From the NCBI GenBank assembly GCA_036679605.1, contig JAZDCZ010000210.1:1-35631 (forward strand): DNA of 35,631 nt, written 5' to 3'. A model generated the notes under the pieces. The model was not told the DNA's origin. It worked only from the letters and a program-made list of their open reading frames with translations, and searched no databases. The position numbers and the translations under genes were made by a program. Of this stretch, positions 7,824-17,195 are shown one piece after another (within the stretch, counting starts at the first letter, position 1; each line of letters begins with the position of its first letter). The stretch is from Gemmatimonadota bacterium (GTDB taxonomy: Bacteria > Gemmatimonadota > Gemmatimonadetes > Gemmatimonadales > GWC2-71-9).

Positions 7824-10800
7824 CTACTTCGTCTTGGCGTGCCGCTCGCGGAGCTGCCTCGCCGCCGCGGCGATCCTCTCCGCCGGCTCCGCAAGGCCGC
7901 GACGGCGTAGCTTCTGGGCCAGCTCCATGAAAACCTGCGGTCGTAGCCTGTTGTCGTGGTCAGTACCGAACTCCTCGAGGTACTCCATGGCCTCGCTGAG
8001 CATGTCGTCGACAATGAGAGCCCTTGCGAACTCGGTCGGCGTGACATTGGGAGGCTCGTCTCTCCAGCGACCGGCGAAGGGGACCGCCCGGGCACGCAAA
8101 GCGCGTGGGTTATCCCTCAGGTGGGCGATGTCTTCGTCGAGCTCGGCCACCGTCACCGCGCCCCGGTATATGGCGCCCACAGTGCCGTCGGTGTCGATCA
8201 GGAAGCTGGTGGGGATCGGAAGCGAGGAGCGATCGAGGAACATTGCCCGGTGATAGACCTCCAAGAGCTCGATCAGTCTCTCATCAGCAAAACCGGCGGC
8301 GAAGCGATAGCCGTTGTTCGCCCAGAACTCGCGCACCTTCCGGCGGGCGGTCGAGCCCTCCTCGCCGAAGCCGTCCACGCAGAGCGCGAGCACATGGGCG
8401 CCGGCGGCGTTCAGCTCGTCGAGCTCGGCCTTGCACGGAACGCACGAGATCGACCAGAGGTTCAGGAGCAGGGCCTTGTCGAGGTGTTCACGCACCCACC
8501 GCTCCCGGCCATCGAGGTCGCGATAGCTCAGTCGCGGAAGGGGCGTGCGGGCGACTAGACGCAAGCGCATCTTCTGAGTCGACGGCGGCAGAGTGACAAC
8601 GCTCGGCGAAAGCTCCACCCGGCGCCCCGGCGGCGTGAACACAGCCGGCACGCCCTCGCCCTGCTCGATTAGGTATGCCTGGTTCGGCTCGATGCCAGTG
8701 AAGGTCTGCTCCGAACCGTCGGGCCACCGAACAACGAGGGACTCCACGGCGCCCTTCCGGCCGAGCCCGAAGTTCAGCCACCGGCTCGACTGCGACAAGA
8801 ACCCCTCGCCGGCCTTCAACGTGCGGAGCAGCGGAACCCCGCCCACGCGCAGGGTGAGCCTCGCGCCTATGGCGTCACGATTGGACGTGGTCCCGTTGCC
8901 GGAGAGTCGGATCGCCACAAATCGATTGCCGGCAGTCGTGTCGTTCCTGAGAAAGCGCAGGCGCGGCGCGGTACGGTTACTGATCCACAGGTCCGGATCA
9001 CCGTCGAAATCCCAGTCCGTAGCCACCATGCCGCGGCCGTCCTCCGGAAAGTCCAGTCCGCTGATCGCCGAGATGTTGGCAAAGCGCGAGCCGCCGGTAT
9101 TGAGGTACACGCAGTGGCGCTCCCGCCCGCTGAACGATTGGCCCCGGAGGATCTTTCGCCCCATCTCCAAGACGGCCTCGGTGTACCGCTCCAGTACGTC
9201 CTCGTCTTGCGCATGGTCGAGACTCACCGGAGAACGCGACACGACCTGCCGCCAGAAGAAGCTTCACAGGTCTTTCGGGTCGTCGTTGGTCAGGTTGCCG
9301 TTGGCGATCACCAGGTCTTCAAAGCTGTCATTGTCGATGTCCACGAAGAGGCTGGCCCACGCCCACCGGCCCATGGTGACGCCCGCCCCCACCGTCACGT
9401 CCGCGAAGCGTCCGTCGGGCCCGCCTCTGAACAGCGAGTTTCCCCGCGCATGACGCTGAAAGTCGGCTCTGTGTGCGCCCTGCGCCGCCGGGTTGAACCG
9501 GCGTTGGTACATGATGCGATTGCCGGCCGAGGAAAACATGTTGCTCACGTACAGATCCATCCAACCGTCATGGTCGTAGTCCGCGAACGTGACGGACATG
9601 CCCGCCGAAAGGTCTTCGACCCCGGCCGCCTGGGCGACGTCGCGAAACCTGCCCGCGTCATTCCGATAGAGGTTGTTGCGGCCGTAGTCGTTCGCTACGT
9701 ACAGGTCAACGTCGCCATCGTTGTCGTAGTCCTCCCACGCGGCAGCGAAGCTAAAACGCGAGTTCTTCTCGTCCAGCCCGACTTCGCGAGACACATCCAC
9801 GAATGTCCAGTCCCCGTCGTTTCGCCACAGCGTATTCGGCGGGCCGTTGTTGGCATCTTGAATGGGAACGGGCCCGCGGCTGGAGTAGTTACAGACATAG
9901 AGATCCAGATCGCCGTCTCCGTCGGGATCCGCGGCAACGATCGAAGTCGCGACCGCCGCTCCATGCAGGGTCTTCCGCTGCACAAACCGGCCCTGGCCGT
10001 CGTTCTCCATCACGATCTGCGGTGAGGAACCGACCACGAGATCCTGGTCTCCGTCGTTGTCCAGATCGACGAAGAGCGAGCTCATCGTCATCATCATCCA
10101 GTCCACCCCAGCCTCTGCGGAACGCTCGGTCACCGTGCCATCGGAGTTCTGCACAAAGAGCTGATTCGGGATCCCGCCGGGATTGCAGAAGTACAGGTCG
10201 TCCAGGCCGTCGCCGTTCACGTCTCCCAGGGACAGGCCGTGGTAGCCCAGGGGGCTCTGGCCAAAGCGCATCTCGATTCGCCGATACCAATGCGGCAGCC
10301 CGCGCCCCAGCACCTCGTCCTCCGCGATCCGGCGCCCCAACACGCTTTCGGTGCAATCGCTGAACAACGGCCCGTCCGACTTCGCGCGCGAGCGCTCATA
10401 GCCATCCATTCCCAGACTCTGAATCCGCGGGTGATCCTCCCGCGTCCAGGTGCTCGACCAGGTCGCATGCTCCTCGACCGGCCCCTCGGAATCGATACCG
10501 CTGATCGAGAAATACTGGCGAGTGGCAATCGAACCACCGCTCAGATCGATGCGGATGAGCTTGAACTCCACTCGCACCCCGCGGGCTTCCTCATAGGGCA
10601 GACGCAGCGCACGCATCGCTTCCACGAATCCCAGTTGGCTCCGGTAGAGCGCCTCGTCCGACTCGACGTCTCCTGCGCGCTCGATCCGAAAGGGCTCTCC
10701 CTCAAACACGCACTTCATGGAGTTTGGTCGAAGGGCACTTCCTCGAAAGGTCGCGTCGGCCATGGCCTGCAACTCGGCGATGGCCATCTGTGACGGATCG

Positions 10801-11126
10801 GCAAGCCACCTGGCAATCTGCTTCAGTTGTTCCTCGATCCGTCCGCTGACGAGCTCGCTCTCCCACCCATCAGCCGTTGGATCTTCCCCCAACCGTTGTG
10901 ATAAGACCGCCTCCTCAGGCGCCGGGGTGGGATCTTCAGAAGACACCACCGCTGACTCGGTCGCCGCTTGGGACACGACGCGTTCACCGCCGGCCCGCCA
11001 TATCGTCCACCCCAGAAGAACCAAGACCACCCCGCCCCCGAAGGCAGCGAGTCTGATCGTCCGCGCACGGCGCCCCTCGCGCTCCCCTCGTCGCACACGA
11101 CGATTCTGGTGGGCCCTAGCCTTCAT
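7824..11126 (-). CDS. CRTAC1-like FG-GAP/ASPIC-UnbV protein with C-terminal TlpA-like CxxC domain; predicted selenoprotein (in-frame TGA at 9264-9266; 1100 aa if read through)
   Basis: ORFs 9264..11126 and 7824..9242 are in the same frame, joined by TGA-SFFWRQV. FG-GAP repeats (DVNGDGLDDLY, DYDNDGDVDLY) continue across the TGA (DWDFDGDPDLW). ASPIC 'NRDAIGAR..FGLG..VRWPDG'; 'LNLWSISCVPC'. Hairpin 11 nt after the TGA. Confidence 0.8.
9236..9252 (-). promoter_or_regulatory. candidate bacterial SECIS element
   Basis: mRNA GCGGCA-GGUCG-UGUCGC (6 bp, one G-U), starting 11 nt after the UGA. Confidence 0.6.
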
Positions 11127-11186
11127 CGTTCCTATAGCCGCTCCCGCCTAGATGGCGGAAGCACCTAGACAACGTTGCCCACTCAC

Positions 11187-11948
11187 TCATCGACGTGGGT
11201 CACGGTTTGCGTGCTGGATCCCGAAGTCGCAGCGAACGATCCACGCGAGGGCCTGCTCCCTCATCAGAGTGGTCCGCCGTCGCACGGGTATGGATCCGAC
11301 GATGCCGTTCGCGACCTCTTTCTGTCGGGCCAGAAAATCCGCCTGAGTATCCTTCCACACCTGGATGGAATCGGGGGACTCTTCGTCGTATTGGGTGGCG
11401 GCCCGGGCTTCCTGCATTTTTTCTCGCGCGTCGTCGATGGCCGTCAAGGCCGCCTGAACCGCCGTTTCGAATCTCTCCCGTTCCTCTTCGTCGAGCTTTA
11501 GGTACTCGAGGCTGGCCGTCAAGTACTCCTTCTCGAACTCTTCTGCGTCGAGACGTTTGCGGGCCTTGGGGCGCGTCCCGTCGATCAAACGGTTGAGGTC
11601 GTCCTTGAGCCAGGTCCAATGCTGAACGTCTTCGACGGTCGGTTCGTTCTCTCCCCCGGGGTTCCACGACTCGTCGTCCACGGTCTCGACGGAAGGTTCG
11701 ATCATCGGCGCCTCCTCAACCGATTCTCCGGTCTCCAGGGCGGAAACGTCCAACGGCACGATCACCTTCTCTTGTTCCTGCGCGGCAACGTCCCCTTGCT
11801 CCTGCTCGGGAACTCTCTTCTTTTGGGCAGCCCGATCGTCCCCGAAGTCGCCGTCTTGTTCATCGACGGTTGTGAGCAAGAACCAGAGCCCCAGCGCTCC
11901 CAGCGCGCTGGCTCCCACCCAAAAAGACTTGTTCCTGAGTAAGGACAT
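11187..11948 (-). CDS. hypothetical membrane-anchored helical protein
   Basis: 253 aa; N-terminal TM, acidic linker, helical/coiled-coil C-terminus. AAGGAG upstream; starts 6 nt after the SCO stop. Confidence 0.75.
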   Translation of the reverse strand: MSLLRNKSFWVGASALGALGLWFLLTTVDEQDGDFGDDRAAQKKRVPEQEQGDVAAQEQEKVIVPLDVSALETGESVEEAPMIEPSVETVDDESWNPGGENEPTVEDVQHWTWLKDDLNRLIDGTRPKARKRLDAEEFEKEYLTASLEYLKLDEEERERFETAVQAALTAIDDAREKMQEARAATQYDEESPDSIQVWKDTQADFLARQKEVANGIVGSIPVRRRTTLMREQALAWIVRCDFGIQHANRDPRR

Positions 11949-11954
11949 GCGAGC

Positions 11955-12863
11955 CTACTCCTTCTTGTAGATCGTTTGCGGTGTCTTCATGCCCGACACG
12001 CCAGGGTCCATCCACTTGATGTATTGGGTGATCTGGTTCGATGTCATGTCCGCTCCAGGGAGCGTGCCCCACCACCGGTACGGCTCGTTACCCACGAGCA
12101 CCAGCCGGATATGGTTGGTCCGGTCTGCGTCGAGTTTCCGGTCGACGTAGGAAAACCCGAGGCGCTTTCGCAACAGCTCGATGTCTCGGGGACGACCGGT
12201 GACGAAGGTCCAACCCGGCGTATCCGGAATCCCGTAACCCTCGGCATACCGGCGGAGGACCGCCGGCGAATCCTCCGAGGGAAGGAGCGTGATCGAGACG
12301 AAGAAGATGTCCTTGCCGAAGCGGTCACCGAGGTTGTTTCGAACCTTCACGAGGTTCGCGGTCGTCAGGGGTCACGTCCCCTCGCAAGTTGCGTACATGA
12401 AGTTGATGATCACGATCTTGCCCTTGATCAGGTCATCGTAGAACTTCACCTCCTTCCCATCCTGGTCGATGAGCGTGACATTTGGAAAGTCAGGGGCCGA
12501 CATGCTGCGGGTCAAATTCTTCGGGATCCTCGCGTCGACAGTGGGCGGATCGTAGTAGGCCGAGGGGTCGAGCCCGGGTTTCTTTTCCTTCTTCAACGTC
12601 TCAGGTGCCGGATTGGAAGCGCGCGCACCTTCTTCCTCGGACGTCTCGGATGTCGGACCGGGGTCGAGCCTGGTTTCCTCCTCGGACGTCACCAGAGCCG
12701 GGTTCCCGCCGGCCTCACTCTCGTCCGCAGTCGACCCGCGGCTGCATCCGGTGAGGAGTGCAGCCACCACGGCAGTTCCGAGCATCGCCACGGATCCAAA
12801 GATCACGCTTCGACGTCGCACGCCGACTACATCGCACGATTGATTCAGACAGAGGGGACACAT
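11955..12863 (-). CDS. SCO1/SenC-family copper chaperone lipoprotein; predicted selenoprotein (CxxxU, TGA at 12372-12374; 302 aa)
   Basis: ORFs 12372..12962 and 11955..12350 are in frame: FMYATCEGT-TGA-PLTTANLVKV. SCO features 'LIDQDGKEVKF', 'FVSITL', 'WTFVTG', His ligand 'TNH'. RRR plus hydrophobic stretch and LTGC lipobox. Start uncertain. Confidence 0.9.
12340..12358 (-). promoter_or_regulatory. candidate bacterial SECIS element
   Basis: mRNA CGAACCU-CGUGA-AGGUUCG, a perfect 7-bp stem starting 13 nt after the UGA. Confidence 0.75.
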
Positions 12864-12871
12864 GGTGTCAT

Positions 12872-12912
12872 CTTTCTTTGCTTTCTTTGCTTTCTTTGCT
12901 TTCTTTGCTTTC
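12872..12912. repeat. 9-bp tandem repeat (CTTTCTTTG)x4.5
   Basis: Read directly; ends 8 nt upstream of the proposed SCO ATG. Confidence 0.95.
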
Positions 12913-12950
12913 GTTGATCGTCGGTGCACCGCGGCCGAACGAAACGGCCC

Positions 12951-12976
12951 CCGGGGCCGCACTGCTGCGGCCCCGG
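12951..12976. other. strong intergenic stem-loop between the MCO and SCO genes
   Basis: CCGGGGCCGCA-ctgc-TGCGGCCCCGG, a perfect 11-bp stem with no clear U tract. Confidence 0.7.
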
Positions 12977-13007
12977 AAAGCCTTCGTTCCGTTGTCGGCG
13001 TCGACGA

Positions 13008-15614
13008 TCAGTCGTCGTCGTCGTTATCGTCGTCGTCGTCGTCGTCACAGTCGTCGTCACCGCAGTCGATCACCTCCCACCGAATCATCATCGCGTGATC
13101 CTCGTGGACAGTGTTGTGACAGTGCAGCGGATAGCGACCGGTCCACGTTCGAATCCTGATCCGGAGTACGACTTCCTCGCCGGGTCCGATGACGGTCACG
13201 TCCTTGCGCTGGCTCTCGTGCGGCGGCGGTGGCTGGCCGTTGCGCGTGACGATCTGATGCTCCTCGAGGTGGATGTGAATGGGATGCTCCCAATCGTCGG
13301 CCAAGTTGCGGAGGGTCCATTCCTCCGTGGTCCCACGGGGCACCAACTCGTCGACCCGGTTGGCGTCGAACTGCAGGCCATTGATGGTCCACCCGTCGGT
13401 CTGGTTGTCGAACTCGAACAGCCGCGTCCGCTCGACTTCGTGCGCCGGGATATCCGTGCGATTGCGAAGCTTGCCCTTGACCCGGCTCGGATCGGGGGCG
13501 TCGCCCGTGACCCGGAATTCGAGCACCGGGTCGCCATCCTCGACGTCGAGGATGATCCCGGTCGGGCCGGCCCCGTGCCACTGGTCCATGACGTTGACCA
13601 AGTAGAGTCGGTCGCCGATCTCGGTGTCGGAGAAGTCGACGATGAGGTCCATGCGCTCGGCCGGGGTGATCTTGACGCCATCATCCATGTCGATTGGGTG
13701 CTTGAGCAAGTTGCCGTCGTTGGCGATCATCACCAGCGGCTCGCCGTTGCTGAGAACGAACTGGTAGAATCGCGATGGGCCGATGTTGAGCATCCGCAAG
13801 CGATACTTGCGCCGGTCGACATCCAAGTATGGTTTGACGGCGTTGTTGATGGTCATGTGGTTGCCGAGAAACCCGTCGAAGTTGAACACATCCAGGAACA
13901 ACTGGTGGTCGAGGGAATCGTCAAACGACTTGTCGCCGAACACGAGCGGGATGTCGTACTCGCCGCTCGGTAGCCGCAGGGCTTTGGGGTTCGGGTCGTT
14001 CTCATCACCCGAGTCGATCTCGTCGAACAGCAGCAACATCCCGACCAAGCCCTTGTAGGTGTTCTGGGCCGTGAAATCCCCACGATGGTCGTGGTACCAC
14101 AGGGTGTTGAGCGCCTCGTTGGAATCACCACCGGCGAGGATATTCGGGTAGTGGTGGTCGTGGAATTCCCCGACCGCTCCGGTCAGGAAATCGTCCTCGT
14201 TGCCCATGATGTAGTCGGGTCCAGGGTGAATGGTGCCCACTTCGATGTCATCAGCGGTTCCCATCATGCCGTCGGGACCAGCATCGGTGGTCGTCCCCGC
14301 CAGCCCCGGATAGAAATCGCCCGGGAAGCCGTCGGACTCCGACGCGGTGTGGGCGTTGTGCAGGTGGGTGATCGTCTCGGGACGACCGAAGCCACTGCCG
14401 TCCCCACCAGGGTTGAGGTCGTTGAACTGACGGACGAGGATCGGAACACCGTAGCGCGCCTTGTACAAGGGCCCCGGCGACAAGTCAGAGAAGCCCCAGA
14501 TCATGCTGGGCGAGAGATCCGGGTGGAACTGCCACGGCACCGGGCGGACGTGCACCTCGTAGAGCTTCTGTGGGGGAAACTCGTCGAAGCGCTGGTGGGG
14601 ACGTCCCGAGTTCGAAAACGGCATGTTCGGGAGCGAGTCGACCAGGATCGAGTTACCGAACCGGTCCATCGCGACATCGGCATCGACGAGCCGCGGGAGT
14701 TCCTGTACGAACGGCTGGAGCTCGACGCGACGCGTGTCGCAGAAATCGCCGGTGGTCTGCAGGCAGTTGAAGGCGTCGATGACCTCTTGGTCAACGGTCA
14801 GAACTAGGAAAGCGTCAGGTGCTAGGGACCCCGCACGGGGGTCGGCGAGAGTCGGTCACACGACCCACGGCGGTCCGTTCTCGCCAGTCTCCTTGTTCCG
14901 AGTGTACAGGTTGACCAGGCCGGCATCCTCGAGGGTGAAGATCTCGTGCTTGCGCCGAATGACCGGCGTCCCGTCGAGGTCGAGGCCGTTGCGCGCGGTC
15001 ATCTCGGCAATGAGAGCGTCCTGCTCCGGCGTACCGCCGTTGAGGGCTGCGTCGGTGTATTCGATGAACAGCAGGGTCCAAAGACCGAGCGGGTTGTGGG
15101 TGAGGTACCCGAGGCCCGTGTCGAAGAGGTTGTCCTGGCGACGGTTGGGCGGCGCCGGAGAGAACCGTAGGCCGTTCCTCTTCGGGAAGATGATGGCGCG
15201 GAACTGATCGGCAAGCTCACGAGCGTGCCGCCCAGCGGCGTTGTTCATGAAGGCAGCCTCGGTCATGAAGGCCGGGGGATCCGGATACAAAAGGAGCGCG
15301 CCGCCAGCGTCGTATCCGCCATTGGTGGCGATGATGCGCACGTTGCTGCGGCTCGGATCCGGCGCCTCGTCCTCGATCACCGCACCCGCGCCCCCTCCCC
15401 GCTGCGTCACGAGAAGTGTGAGCCCGGCCGGATCGATGCCATTAGCCCGGTAGAAGCTGTCGGAGAAATCGTGCGGCACGGTGCCTGGCGCGCGACCGAA
15501 TGGTCCTTCAGCACACGCGTCCGGTGCAAACAGAGCGATACCCAGCCATGTTACGCAAACGATCAAACCAACCCTAAAAAGCCCTTTGTCGACGTAGAGA
15601 TGCTGCCTGTTCAT
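13008..15614 (-). CDS. secreted multicopper oxidase (CotA/bilirubin oxidase type) fused to an uncharacterised N-terminal domain; predicted selenoprotein (TGA at 14856-14858; 868 aa)
   Basis: All four Cu motifs present: HLH, WYHDH, HPIHIH, HCHNTVHEDHAMM. ORFs 14856..15638 and 13008..14669 are in frame with 62 open codons between them, which include the CotA-like start 'PFVQELP'. The only signal peptide and RBS (AAGGAG) are upstream of the TGA. Confidence 0.85.
14827..14843 (-). promoter_or_regulatory. candidate bacterial SECIS element
   Basis: mRNA GACCCC-CGUGC-GGGGUC, a perfect 6-bp stem starting 12 nt after the UGA. Confidence 0.7.
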
Positions 15615-15639
15615 CTCAACTTGCTCCTTTCGTCTCAAG

Positions 15640-15900
15640 AATTACAAGTTTCCGTTCCAGCCTGACCCCGCAAATGCGTCCACAATGTGACATGAATTTA
15701 GATGAAAAAATATATTCGTACGAAAAAAATTGATAGGAGAGAATTTGTCAGAGATGGCGTGACCACGACCGGAAAGTGTCTAGAAAAACTACTAGGTCAA
15801 ATTGCCGATGTGGGGCTCCGCAAAGCCAAGAAGTCCACCATTTCAGAGTCGCGCATATAAACACAAGCGCAACATTAAGTTACGCAAAAACAACCCGAAT
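15640..15900. promoter_or_regulatory. AT-rich upstream region of the Cu/Se cluster
   Basis: Conspicuously AT-rich non-coding stretch with A tracts and small palindromes (CACAATGTG, TTCGTACGAA). No unambiguous -35/-10 pair. Confidence 0.4.
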
Positions 15901-16111
15901 CATCCACGACCCCTCCCCAGGGGTGTCGTGGCAACGCGACCGCGATTCCACCCGAGATTTGGTGGCGGTGGTCCTCGATTCACACCAGGACCGAGGCCTG
16001 GTATTATTTGTGCTTTGGTGCCGAACTCCCCCCCGAAAACAGACCCGTGGGACCTTGTCGTCACTCCTTCCGATTCTCCTCGTCGCAAGCATCCTCAGTC
16101 GATACGGAATC

Positions 16112-16138
16112 AAAAAACCGGGCCCACTTGAGACCCGG
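16112..16138 (-). terminator. intrinsic terminator-like hairpin
   Basis: Minus strand CCGGGTCT-caagt-GGGCCCGG-TTTTTT. Confidence 0.5.
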
Positions 16139-16324
16139 ATGACATTTCCGGGATGGACAGGAGGAATTCGGGGCCACTCCGAGGTTGCAGGCAACGGTGA
16201 CGGTTTCGCGGCATATGTTGGCATTCTCGCGCAAGACAGCCATCGATGCCCCCCGTACCATAGCCAATCGATCACCAGCCGAAGCCAACGTGGTTGGCTG
16301 CAATGCAATACCAGAGGGAATCCA

Positions 16325-16897
16325 ATGAGCACAATTCAGACACTCGGAACGTTCGGTGCGGTCCTTGTCCTCACCTTCCTGTCGTTAGACGGTAAGTCGT
16401 TGGCTACTGCGGCCGCGCTTGGCCAGGAGACATTGGAGAAGTCGGAAGCCAAGGCACAGAATGGCGCCGAGGGAGTGGAGAAGGAGGTGAAGGCTTTCAT
16501 CGCCCACTACATCAAAACCATCGAGGGTGGGGATGAGAAGGCAATTCTGGCCCTCTTCGTCCCCGACACGCGATTCTCTTGGTTCACCGACGGCGCGAAG
16601 TCGTACTCGACGCCCAACGAAGTCCTTGGGGGCATGCGGCGATATGCGGGCATCAAGTTTAGCACTACGGTCTCGGAGGTTCGTGTGGTGCCCCTCAGCG
16701 CAACGCTGGCCTCGGCAAGATCGAAGTTCAAAACCAAGTTGACGATTCCGGGGGCTGACGACCACGAGTTCGGCGGCGTCATTACCTGGCTTACCGAGAA
16801 AGACCCAGCATCCGGCAAGTGGAAGGTGCTCCTTGGCCATACGTCGACACCGGGAGGCCCACCGAGCAAAGACGATGAATCGAAGAAGAAACAGTGA
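16325..16897 (+). CDS. secreted NTF2/SnoaL-like (DUF4440-type) protein
   Basis: GAGGG RBS before ATG 16325; signal peptide; 'VKAFIAHYIKTIEGGDEKAILALF' helix, beta-strands and C-terminal 'WKVLLGHTS'. The longer ORF from 15776 is a spurious extension. Confidence 0.8.
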   Translation: MSTIQTLGTFGAVLVLTFLSLDGKSLATAAALGQETLEKSEAKAQNGAEGVEKEVKAFIAHYIKTIEGGDEKAILALFVPDTRFSWFTDGAKSYSTPNEVLGGMRRYAGIKFSTTVSEVRVVPLSATLASARSKFKTKLTIPGADDHEFGGVITWLTEKDPASGKWKVLLGHTSTPGGPPSKDDESKKKQ

Positions 16898-17195
16898 AGC
16901 AAGACGATCGGGCCGATTCTCAGCAAGACTCTTGCAACCTCCGAGCTTCGTGAGGCAGCATGTCAGCGTAACTCCGCTTCGGCCCGCCGGGTCCTGAACT
17001 AGCTCCGGTTGTCGCATGATCACCGGACCCATGCCCCTCCATGACACGACTAGCTTCGCGTATGGCGGTCGATGGTCGCTGGAGCCTCACTGCGCGGATC
17101 GACCATTCGGCACTCGCAGTCGCGTCCAGTTGCAGATTTTTGCTGGTGCCAATAGAATCCCATTGACGAGATCAGAATCGAAGGGAGACGTCCAC

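Noticed and set aside
11127..11189. TGA of the 253-aa gene is in frame with the CRTAC1-like gene
   Set aside because: A TAG follows at 11148-11150, and the downstream gene has its own RBS and TM anchor.
12864..13010. MCO stop (TGA 13008-13010) is in frame with SCO with no intervening stop, suggesting a further fusion
   Set aside because: It follows a poly-Asp tail, has no SECIS-like hairpin at 11-13 nt, and SCO has its own lipoprotein signal. The linker is hairpin/repeat DNA and frame coincidence has a 1-in-3 chance.
15640..16324. tRNA-Sec (selC) or other tRNA near the selenoprotein cluster
   Set aside because: No TCA anticodon arm with a T-loop or cloverleaf found by eye; the Sec machinery would have to be elsewhere in the genome.
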